A stretch of DNA of 64,000 bases from a virus. The translations under genes and the position numbers were made by a program. The notes under the pieces were generated by a model. The model saw nothing but the letters and a program-made list of their open reading frames with translations. It was not told the DNA's origin and made no database searches. Below, piece by piece: positions 9,024 to 16,781 of this stretch. Location of the stretch: the IMG/VR virus record IMGVR_UViG_3300034073_001700, positions 32,001 to 96,000 of that record; one strand, written 5' to 3'. The first letter of the stretch is position 1. Every line of letters starts with the position of its first letter.

Positions 9024-9305
9024 ATGGGAAGTAATTTTGCTAATGATTTGGCTTTGGCTGATAATCTAACTATTGAAACTCAGATAGAGATACACTTATC
9101 TGCTAATCACTACCCGCCCGTTCCTAAGACTATGGTTCAGCCTTGTGTTGAAGCCATAGATGCGGTCAATGACTTAGGGCTATGGGATTTGGAAATACCG
9201 CTACCCGAAGGCGTGTCATGGAAAGGTTTGACAACTGCCCCTGCTCATGCCATAATTGAAGCACACCACCTAAATGCGTGGATTATTGAAAGAGAGGAAT
9301 ACTAA
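9024..9305 (+). CDS. Hypothetical early protein
   Basis: HLSANHYPPVP...HHL motifs; operonic. Confidence 0.65.
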   Translation: MGSNFANDLALADNLTIETQIEIHLSANHYPPVPKTMVQPCVEAIDAVNDLGLWDLEIPLPEGVSWKGLTTAPAHAIIEAHHLNAWIIEREEY

Positions 9306-9446
9306 AATGGCTAAAGTAAAAGAGATTTGGTCGTCTAAAATAACTTCAGACATGGTTTCTAACCTTGATGAAGATACTATTGAAGAATTAGTGGAAGCAC
9401 TAAATGATACAGTAATGGCAACCTGCGAGGATTTTGGAGTAGAATA

Positions 9447-9662
9447 ATGGAATACTTATACTCAGTAACTTGTACCTATGACGGAGAGCGCACCCCTCGT
9501 TGGGTGGGTCGTTATAGTGACGCACTATCGGCGGTAGAAACTTATCAAAAGTTTGTAGACCACGGAACTGCCTTAGAATACGCAACAATAAACTTGGCAG
9601 AGCCTAATGGAAAATTACATACCAAAAATCTCTATGCTAATGGAGAGATGAGCACTCGCTAA
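9447..9662 (+). CDS. Hypothetical early protein
   Basis: GGAG SD; operonic. Confidence 0.6.
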   Translation: MEYLYSVTCTYDGERTPRWVGRYSDALSAVETYQKFVDHGTALEYATINLAEPNGKLHTKNLYANGEMSTR

Positions 9663-9893
9663 ATGTCTGCTACAATGTTAAGCATGGAAGATTTCACTGC
9701 GGTAGACATTCTCAATGCCGACCAATTAGAAGTAGGAGATCTAATTGGTATCGGTGATGAGGTTGTAAAAGTTCTCGGTATTCAACCACTTCACTATGGA
9801 TTTAATCTTGCTATTGAAAATAATTTTGGCGAAAAAGATTTTGTTGATGTAAGCGAAGATGATAAATTTAATTTATATATAGAAAATTTCTAA
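9663..9893 (+). CDS. Hypothetical SH3-like protein
   Basis: ADQLEVGDLI beta-rich pattern. Confidence 0.55.
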   Translation: MSATMLSMEDFTAVDILNADQLEVGDLIGIGDEVVKVLGIQPLHYGFNLAIENNFGEKDFVDVSEDDKFNLYIENF

Positions 9894-9960
9894 AACCGCC
9901 TAGCCAATTCGGACATTTCGGGCATTTGCATTTTTTGTATTTTTATGATAAGATTAATTT

Positions 9961-10098
9961 ATGTTTAAGAAAACGGCTGAAGAAATTCGGAGATTACAAG
10001 ACCTCCGCAGATCTAATGCTGCCCAACCATTAAGGAACAAAAAACAATACTCTCGCAAGATTAAGCACAAAAAATTTGACTTCACAGAAAATAAATGA
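9961..10098 (+). CDS. Small basic protein (45 aa), leaderless
   Basis: Read by eye: MFKKTAEEIRRLQDLRRSNAAQPLRNKKQYSRKIKHKKFDFTENK; TAAGAT 6 nt upstream of ATG. Confidence 0.6.
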   Translation: MFKKTAEEIRRLQDLRRSNAAQPLRNKKQYSRKIKHKKFDFTENK

Positions 10099-10124
10099 TA
10101 GAATTGTAAAAAAGAAAGGACCCA

Positions 10125-10844
10125 ATGAAACTAAAACGTTCAATGGATAGGAAGGTGACTAATGCAGTCTCAAGAAATGGAAAAACCCCAACAATTGCCA
10201 ACACTTTTGGACTCCCTGCTGGAAAGGCTTTCTCGTGCCCTGGTGCCACTAACACTTGTGAGAGCGTATGCTACGCAGGAAAACTCGAAAGAGTATACAA
10301 AGGAGTAAAAGCAGTATTATTACACAATTGGGAATTACTCAAAGACGCAGACCATGACACTATGGAAGCGTTATTGCAAGATATGATTGATGATTTCAAG
10401 AAAGATTGCGATAAGCGTAATGCGCCTAAGTTATTCCGTATTCACTGGGATGGAGATTTCTTTAGTGATGAGTATGCATTCGTATGGAAGCATATCGTAC
10501 TAAATAATCCTGATGTTAAATTTTGGGTATACACTCGTGTGGCTACCGCCGCAAATATCCTAAAGGGTATTGAAAACCTATCTCTCTATTTCTCTACTGA
10601 TAAAGATAATAAAGAGATTGCTATTAGTCTTAATAAGGACAAAGGAATTAGATTAGCATACCTTGCAGATACCTTCGCAATTGGGCAGGAAGACCTAAAA
10701 GCAATGATTGGAAAAGTAGGTGCTAAGTGTCCTGAGAATAAAAAGGCTATTCCATTAATCTCACAGGCTGGCAGCGCATGCGTGTCGTGTGGCTTGTGTA
10801 TTGACGAGAAAACTGATATAGTATTCTCTGCTAAGAAAAGGTAA
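10125..10844 (+). CDS. GP88-family (radical-SAM-like) protein
   Basis: CPGAT..C...CYA, RIHWDGDFFS, WVYTR and C-terminal CVSCGLC. Confidence 0.75.
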   Translation: MKLKRSMDRKVTNAVSRNGKTPTIANTFGLPAGKAFSCPGATNTCESVCYAGKLERVYKGVKAVLLHNWELLKDADHDTMEALLQDMIDDFKKDCDKRNAPKLFRIHWDGDFFSDEYAFVWKHIVLNNPDVKFWVYTRVATAANILKGIENLSLYFSTDKDNKEIAISLNKDKGIRLAYLADTFAIGQEDLKAMIGKVGAKCPENKKAIPLISQAGSACVSCGLCIDEKTDIVFSAKKR

Positions 10845-11025
10845 ACTAAATGAAAATAATACTATTACTTGTGTGGGCATTGTTCTTGTTGTCAATATTC
10901 CATGCCCCGCTAAAGTGATCTACCTCACAAATCTCAAAATATGAGAAAATGTCAAAAATAACTTGACAAACCCAAAAATAAATGAAATAATAAATACCAT
11001 AACCGAAAACAAAGGAGAAATACAA

Positions 11026-11193
11026 ATGGCAGTATCAACAGCAACTTACAAGGTAGGCGACCTCTACACCTCACAGAAGTCAAAGGTGACAGGCACAATT
11101 ACCGAAATCAAGCCAAACAAAGACGGAAGTTCCGTTCGTGTAAAACTTGATGTCAATGGTAGCCCACGCTGGACTACTTGGACAGCAAAGTAA
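11026..11193 (+). CDS. Small SH3-like protein
   Basis: Start moved to MAVST after AAGGAG SD; YKVGDLY...VTG motif. Confidence 0.65.
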   Translation: MAVSTATYKVGDLYTSQKSKVTGTITEIKPNKDGSSVRVKLDVNGSPRWTTWTAK

Positions 11194-11210
11194 TTCTCAA
11201 TACGAGAAAT

Positions 11211-11238
11211 GTCCTGAGCATGACAACTAAAACTGCTC
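11211..11238 (+). ncRNA. Repeated pseudoknot motif, copy 1
   Basis: GTC-CTGAGCAT-GAC-AACTAAAAC-TGCTC. Confidence 0.7.
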
Positions 11239-11297
11239 AACTTGATTTTCTAACATTTTTGTGTTAGACTAAATACAACCCAAACGAAAGGATAACA

Positions 11298-11720
11298 ATG
11301 GCAAGAAATGGAAAAGCCATAAATGTCAAGATTGCTACAACCAAAGTAATCAAGGCACTTGAAACTAAGTTAGCCGAAATCAACAAGAATAAGGCTAATC
11401 AAAAAGTCAATGAGGAGAAACACTCAAAGGCTATGGAGAAGTATAATAAGGAAGTCGCTAAACTTGCGGTATCCGCTATCGCTAAGGCAACTGACTTGTC
11501 TGCTCACACTCGCTATAATGGTGAAATCGCAGTATCTTTCAACTTACCTAAAGATACTATTGAACTACCTGCTGAACCTGAAAAGGATTTTGATACCTAC
11601 CACGATTGGCAGTATCGTGAGATGATAGAGGAAATTGAGAACGCAATTCGTATTCTCAAGATGACAGATGAGGAAGTAGTTTCTACTTCTACTTACAACG
11701 CTATCGCAAGATACCTATAA
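11298..11720 (+). CDS. Hypothetical coiled-coil protein
   Basis: 140 aa; GAAAGGA SD; TTGATT/TAGACT promoter. Confidence 0.7.
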   Translation: MARNGKAINVKIATTKVIKALETKLAEINKNKANQKVNEEKHSKAMEKYNKEVAKLAVSAIAKATDLSAHTRYNGEIAVSFNLPKDTIELPAEPEKDFDTYHDWQYREMIEEIENAIRILKMTDEEVVSTSTYNAIARYL

Positions 11721-11802
11721 TTGGTTGGGGGAGGGTATTTGACTCCCCCTTCTAAAAATGCTAAAATTAAATAAATAACCCAATAAACAGAAAGGCAAGT
11801 AA

Positions 11803-11970
11803 ATGACACTCGGAGGATACACTTATCAAGTAGGAGATTTATTCACTACTTCTAAAACAGGTGTTACAGGAAGAATAAACTCTTTCACACCTATTCGTCA
11901 AAATGTAACTCGTGTAGGTCTTACACTTAGCAACGGCGCAAAGCGTTTTGCTATGGTAAAAACTTACTAA
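11803..11970 (+). CDS. Small SH3-like protein, paralog of 11026-11193
   Basis: Read by eye: MTLGGYTYQVGDLFTTSKTGVTGRINSFTP...; AGAAAGG SD. Confidence 0.65.
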   Translation: MTLGGYTYQVGDLFTTSKTGVTGRINSFTPIRQNVTRVGLTLSNGAKRFAMVKTY

Positions 11971-12123
11971 TACAATTGTGGCGGGTTTCGGGTGTGTAAT
12001 CGGAATTCCCCCCGCCACAACTAAAAACTAAATAGAATTGGGTGATCGTCTGCGTTCACGGCAAACTGCGACATAATTCATGGTTGTGTTGATCTTTTTG
12101 CGAAAGTCCCTTGACACTCCCTA

Positions 12124-12165
12124 ACGCCTGAGTATGGAGGAAATCCTTTAGCGTCTAAACTGCTC
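12124..12165 (+). ncRNA. Repeated pseudoknot motif, copy 2 (with inserted hairpin)
   Basis: ACGC-CTGAGTAT-[ggaggaaatccttta]-GCGT-CTAAAC-TGCTC. Confidence 0.6.
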
Positions 12166-12289
12166 CCCAAAAATCCCCTAGGGGGTGTGATAATAAACAC
12201 AGTCCAATATGTGAGATTATTTACGTACTCGACTTGCTTTCCCCCCTAAAAAATGTTATGATTAGATTATCTAAAGAAAGGATAACCCA

Positions 12290-12553
12290 ATGATAGCAAC
12301 CGCTATTGCTTTACAAGAAACCAGCAAAGAGGCAGTATATGATGAAACCTCAATGATGATGGCTTCTGCTTTATTTCATGGCAGACACGAGATGGATGAT
12401 GAACAATTCCAAAGAGCAATTTTTATGTATTCCGCTCACCTCTCTGCTGTTGCCACAACTCTCGCTACAAATGTCCTCTTGACAAAAGAGCAGGTAGATG
12501 AGATGATTAATACCATACAAGAAATGGAAACAATGGGAAAGGACATTGAATAA
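12290..12553 (+). CDS. Hypothetical early protein
   Basis: AGAAAGGA SD. Confidence 0.65.
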   Translation: MIATAIALQETSKEAVYDETSMMMASALFHGRHEMDDEQFQRAIFMYSAHLSAVATTLATNVLLTKEQVDEMINTIQEMETMGKDIE

Positions 12554-12999
12554 TGGAAATGACTGAAACATTAGTGCCTGAGCACTATAATCCAAATCAA
12601 TTGGTAACCTATAAGGTTATCAATAATGGTGAAACCACATATCCAACCAGCAAGGTTGTTGATATCGAATGGAAATTAGAAAGTGCACGGGCTGCAGATA
12701 GACAACTATCATCTCTAAGACTTAGTGTCAGCAACTTAGAAGACATGCTGCCCAACTGGTTAGAAAATGAACCAGATACTGGCGAGATTGTCTCTGACAT
12801 CTGTCAACTATTCGGATTCAATCCTACCAAGGATGTTGAGTTTGAGGCCACGGTAACAATTAGCGGAATCATAACTGTTCCACTTGCAGAACTAAATGAT
12901 TTTGATATTGATAGTGTTGATTTAAATATCGATGCAAATTCTTATTCACATGATGTCGATATTCAGAATGTAGAAGTCGACACAATCACAACGCTATAA
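12553..12999 (+). CDS. Hypothetical early protein
   Basis: 148 aa; TAATG overlap. Confidence 0.65.
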   Translation: MEMTETLVPEHYNPNQLVTYKVINNGETTYPTSKVVDIEWKLESARAADRQLSSLRLSVSNLEDMLPNWLENEPDTGEIVSDICQLFGFNPTKDVEFEATVTISGIITVPLAELNDFDIDSVDLNIDANSYSHDVDIQNVEVDTITTL

Positions 13000-13036
13000 T
13001 AAATTTGCGGGGTTCATGAAAGGCCCCGCAATGTAC

Positions 13037-13106
13037 GCAGCATCCCTCTTTCATCCTTTCTTATAGGGATCTGCAAGGGACCTGAGCACGTCCACGTAAA
13101 CTGCTC
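13037..13106 (+). ncRNA. Anti-SD-loop hairpin plus pseudoknot motif copy 3 (candidate sRNA)
   Basis: GCAG-c-ATCCCT[ctttcATCCTTTCTTat]AGGGAT-CTGC, then GGAC-CTGAGCAC-GTCC-ACGTAAAC-TGCTC. Confidence 0.6.
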
Positions 13107-13149
13107 CAATCAATCTCCTAGCAGGTCGATCTTGAAAAGTCAAATTTAT

Positions 13150-13206
13150 GGCGTGTCGGTGCATTAAGTAATAGGATTTGCTTTTGTCGCTGGTTTATGC
13201 TAAGAT
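13150..13206 (+). promoter_or_regulatory. WhiA-type box and PafBC-type promoter
   Basis: GGCGTGTC at 13150; TGTCGC-N10-TAAGAT at 13185-13206. Confidence 0.65.
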
Positions 13207-13233
13207 TAGTTTATCTACAGAAAGGAAATAAAA

Positions 13234-14244
13234 ATGGCTCACGAATTAGAAACGCAAAATGGCGTTGCTTCTTTCGCTTCTTTTAGAGAACCTGCTTGGC
13301 ATGGTCTTGGCACAGTTTTCACAGAAGAAAAAAATACAGCAGAAATGCTTGCTGCTGCTAATCTAAACAATTGGAATGTTAGATTGGTTGATGTTGAAAT
13401 TCCAAATACTCTTACATCAGATAAGAATTATTCTTATGTTGTAAGAACTAACCCTACCGATAAATCTCAGACCGATGTTCTCGGTGTTGTCGGTGAGCGT
13501 TATCATGTTCTACAAAATGAGGATTTATTCTCTTTTGGTGACACTATGCTTGACGGCGGTGGCCGTTGGGAAACTGCTGGCTCCATTCGTGGTGGTCGTG
13601 TAGTATTCGGCTCTCTTGCTCTTGAGCGTGAGACAATTCTTGACCCTAATGGTGTTGCGGATAAGGTAAAGACTTATCTTCTAATCAATACCTCTCATGA
13701 TGGGTCTATCGCAATTCAGGCTTCAATCACGCCCGTTCGTGTTGTATGCGCTAACACTCTCAATCTTGCGTTAGGTCGTAAGGGTAAAGGCCCTAAGCAA
13801 TCTTTCAAGATTAGACACACACAGACCGCTAACGGCAAAGTTCAAATTGCTCGTGAGGCTCTTGGTCTTGCTAATACTTACATGGACGAATTCGATAAAA
13901 TGGCTAAGGCTATGATTGAAAAAGAAATCACAGCACAGCAATTTAACGACATCGTTCTCGCTGCTTATCCTAAGCCTGACAGCGACAAGAAAATCGCTAT
14001 CACAAAATGGACTAACAAGATTGATGTTATCAATGACATCTACACAGGCCAATTTAATGGCATGATTGCTAACACCGCTTGGGGTGCGTTCAATGCGCTA
14101 ACCGAAAGATTGGATTGGCATCGTTCTGCTCGTGGTGGTAATACTGAGGCAATGCTCGCTGCTGCTTCTGGTTTTGACCCATCAATTACAGCAGAAAAAA
14201 ATCGTTTGCTAAAAGTTGTAAAAGATGTTTTAGCCGTAGCGTAA
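13234..14244 (+). CDS. DUF932 family protein (TIGR03299-like)
   Basis: MAHE..PAWHGLG, ETAGSIRGGR, SHDGS, PVRVVCANTL, RHT, TAWGAFNA. Confidence 0.9.
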   Translation: MAHELETQNGVASFASFREPAWHGLGTVFTEEKNTAEMLAAANLNNWNVRLVDVEIPNTLTSDKNYSYVVRTNPTDKSQTDVLGVVGERYHVLQNEDLFSFGDTMLDGGGRWETAGSIRGGRVVFGSLALERETILDPNGVADKVKTYLLINTSHDGSIAIQASITPVRVVCANTLNLALGRKGKGPKQSFKIRHTQTANGKVQIAREALGLANTYMDEFDKMAKAMIEKEITAQQFNDIVLAAYPKPDSDKKIAITKWTNKIDVINDIYTGQFNGMIANTAWGAFNALTERLDWHRSARGGNTEAMLAAASGFDPSITAEKNRLLKVVKDVLAVA

Positions 14245-14255
14245 TAAAATACGCA

Positions 14256-14282
14256 ACTCCTGAGCATGAGTATAAACTGCTC
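14256..14282 (+). ncRNA. Repeated pseudoknot motif, copy 4
   Basis: ACTC-CTGAGCAT-GAGT-ATAAAC-TGCTC followed by T-rich tract. Confidence 0.7.
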
Positions 14283-14633
14283 TATTTTTTATTGATCAAA
14301 AAATCGCCTAGGCAAACGGACAAATCGGACATAACATTTTTGATTTATTTTTATTACGTACGACTTGATTTTTTTGCTGGATTGTGGGATAATTAAATAT
14401 ACCCAATGAAAGGAAAATATGTTAGGCTATAAAATAACAGACATAGTAGATATGCAGATCTCTATTAATGAGGCTACTAAATATATACCCGCCGATGACC
14501 CTGAAACCAAGCGGGATCTATACAAAGCCTTTGACTTCTTACAAGGATTAATAGTAGAGGGCCACATTCAATAGTTGACATTCCCCTACATTTTTGCTAA
14601 AATTTAATTACGAACCCAATAGAAAGGCCCACG

Positions 14634-15005
14634 GTGCAAGAGCAGTTTATTGAAATGTCATTCGATGAGTGGCTTACTACATATAAACCTATACTTAATC
14701 ATATTGATAAGAATGCCTCATTCCAATCAGATGACGGAGGCATAATGTTTGAAACCTATGGTGATGAGGTAGAGTTTGTTAAGTCTCAGCCGCCTGCCAA
14801 TATATGGACATACGGTGACGGTGACATGGGTGTAGGCTATATTTGGTCTGGTTGGTCCTTTGTTAACAGGATTGGTTATTTTATTACTGAGGTACCGTGC
14901 CCTGAAAATACTATTATTCAAATACAACTTGACGAATTCCCCGAAGAATGCGATACTTGTGGGGTATTCATTTATAACGAGGAGGACGACCATGAGTGCG
15001 AGTAA
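14634..15005 (+). CDS. Hypothetical early protein
   Basis: FETYG...VNRIGYFITE family motif; AGAAAGG SD. Confidence 0.65.
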   Translation: MQEQFIEMSFDEWLTTYKPILNHIDKNASFQSDDGGIMFETYGDEVEFVKSQPPANIWTYGDGDMGVGYIWSGWSFVNRIGYFITEVPCPENTIIQIQLDEFPEECDTCGVFIYNEEDDHECE

Positions 15006-15210
15006 TTACTTGCTTGAATATATGAAGATACATCTTGTTAGTTTGGAGCAAGACCAAGCAGATGTAGCAGAACAAATGGAGGCACTTGACCCTAATAGCA
15101 AAGACTATCAAGAGTTAGACTTCGAGTATAACTGGCTTGCTGGTCAGATTATTGCTACCCGTCATTTTATAGAGATTGCAGAAGGAGCAGAGTATGAAGC
15201 CAAAGCCTAA
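14992..15210 (+). CDS. Hypothetical early protein
   Basis: Start moved to MSASNY after GGAGG SD. Confidence 0.55.
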   Translation: MSASNYLLEYMKIHLVSLEQDQADVAEQMEALDPNSKDYQELDFEYNWLAGQIIATRHFIEIAEGAEYEAKA

Positions 15211-15481
15211 TGAGTTACCAGATAATCTAATTAAGTCTGTCCAAGCAGGTGTATCAGGTCTTGATATTATCCATGGTGAACTTAAGAACTGGATGTATGA
15301 AACAGAACAAGAACTAAATCCATTGCTGCAGCAATCAGAAGAGATTGGCTCAGATGAAGACTACTCAGATACAGAAGATAGACTATGGCTGTCAGGGTAT
15401 ATGGAGGCACTTGCAGATGTATACAATTTGACATATCAACTCTCATTTGCTATTATGGACAAGGAAAAGGAGCAAGAATGA
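15194..15481 (+). CDS. Hypothetical early protein
   Basis: Start moved to MKPKP after AAGGAG SD. Confidence 0.55.
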   Translation: MKPKPNELPDNLIKSVQAGVSGLDIIHGELKNWMYETEQELNPLLQQSEEIGSDEDYSDTEDRLWLSGYMEALADVYNLTYQLSFAIMDKEKEQE

Positions 15482-15822
15482 TTAAAGTAGATAACCTACA
15501 ATTAGTTGGCGAGTTTAATGTAGATAGCGGACAGGCTATCATTGGTGACCCATGCTATTTAGATAGTTGGAAGCCTTGGAATCAGGATACTGGTGAGGAG
15601 TTTGACGAGTATAAGAACCGTCAAGGCGAATACGGATATCTTGGTGCTTGTGAGGCTACCATTAGCAAAGGTCATGGCACATTAGGCATGGGAAGCGCAG
15701 TTGCTATTAGCACAGGCTATGGTGACGGTGTCTATCCAGTCTATGCACAACTTAATGATGATAACAGGGTAGCCCTTGTTGTTATCGATTTCACTGGCGA
15801 GTATCTAACAGAGGATAATTAA
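15478..15822 (+). CDS. DUF4241-like protein
   Basis: VDSGQAIIGDPCY and STGYGDGVYPV motifs. Confidence 0.65.
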   Translation: MIKVDNLQLVGEFNVDSGQAIIGDPCYLDSWKPWNQDTGEEFDEYKNRQGEYGYLGACEATISKGHGTLGMGSAVAISTGYGDGVYPVYAQLNDDNRVALVVIDFTGEYLTEDN

Positions 15823-15823
15823 T

Positions 15824-16180
15824 ATGGGAGCACGTTGTACATTCGTTTTTAAACAGTCCAAAAACCAGGCTGTGGCCTTATACAGTCACTGGGGTGAGGA
15901 TACCATGTATGAAGACCTGGCAGCAGCATTACAGCATGCAGCGCCACGTAAGGGTGATGAGTCATACTACACCCGCATGGCTGTTAGTTACCTCCTGAAG
16001 GACGACCTTCTGGATGAGTTACACTACGGTCTCTATGCATGCAATCCCAAAGACCTTGGATTCATGGACCACCCAATCGTAATCGACTTAACTGACAGTA
16101 CTGTTACAGATGACACTGGTACCCACAGTATTGATGAATTTATTAATTACCATGGCTTAGTGGCGACGGCCACTTCATAA
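15824..16180 (+). CDS. Hypothetical early protein
   Basis: MGAR...LYSHWG phage family motif. Confidence 0.65.
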   Translation: MGARCTFVFKQSKNQAVALYSHWGEDTMYEDLAAALQHAAPRKGDESYYTRMAVSYLLKDDLLDELHYGLYACNPKDLGFMDHPIVIDLTDSTVTDDTGTHSIDEFINYHGLVATATS

Positions 16181-16270
16181 AAGAGGGTTGGGTCCCCTCT
16201 TCAATGGGGCGTGAGTAACTTGCCACTTGCGCCCCTCTATCTTTTTTGATACAATCCAATAGGAGGAACT

Positions 16271-16516
16271 ATGAGTTATAGAATTAGAAGCAAACCTGAG
16301 AATACCAAAGAAATAGCATACGCAGGTAGATTTGCCAAATTGCTTACTGAGGACATGGGGCTCAATTTGGAGGCTGTTGGCTTTCACATTGTCCGTAATC
16401 ACCCTGTCATTGTGGCACGGCGTTTAGATGTCATGGCCTTGACAGCAGGCGAGGAGTATGATAAACTTATGGTAGAGTATTTAGGAGAAAATCATGCCAA
16501 TCAGTATGTCAGATAA
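16271..16516 (+). CDS. Hypothetical protein
   Basis: AGGAGG SD. Confidence 0.6.
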   Translation: MSYRIRSKPENTKEIAYAGRFAKLLTEDMGLNLEAVGFHIVRNHPVIVARRLDVMALTAGEEYDKLMVEYLGENHANQYVR

Positions 16517-16781
16517 ATGTGGGATCTTGGGTCAGTTCTGGTTTCAGTTCAGAGATGACGAAAATCTCAAGAGTTTCATTGAGTATAACGATGTTGGTCT
16601 GCCATTAGGATGGTTTATTGCTTCTGGTTTGGTAACTGGCAGTGATCTGGCTGATGACTACATTATTGAAACCTTCAATCATTTTCTTGCTGCCTTAGAG
16701 GTAACAGAGGAAGAGGTTGAGGGTGCTACTAATCTTGATGAAGTCCTTGCTATCGTAGCAGAGAAAAAAGAAGAACTATAA
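16494..16781 (+). CDS. Hypothetical protein
   Basis: AGGAG SD; FIEYNDVGLPL motif. Confidence 0.6.
   Translation: MPISMSDKCGILGQFWFQFRDDENLKSFIEYNDVGLPLGWFIASGLVTGSDLADDYIIETFNHFLAALEVTEEEVEGATNLDEVLAIVAEKKEEL

Noticed and set aside
11211-11238. Pseudoknot motif as a hammerhead ribozyme or preQ1 riboswitch
   Set aside because: Lacks the CUGANGA/GAAA three-stem core and the preQ1 consensus; lies 3' of genes
12040-12121. Canonical tRNA or Y RNA
   Set aside because: No proper acceptor stem or T-loop, and the 5' strand does not match the Ro-binding helix; kept only as an unknown structured RNA
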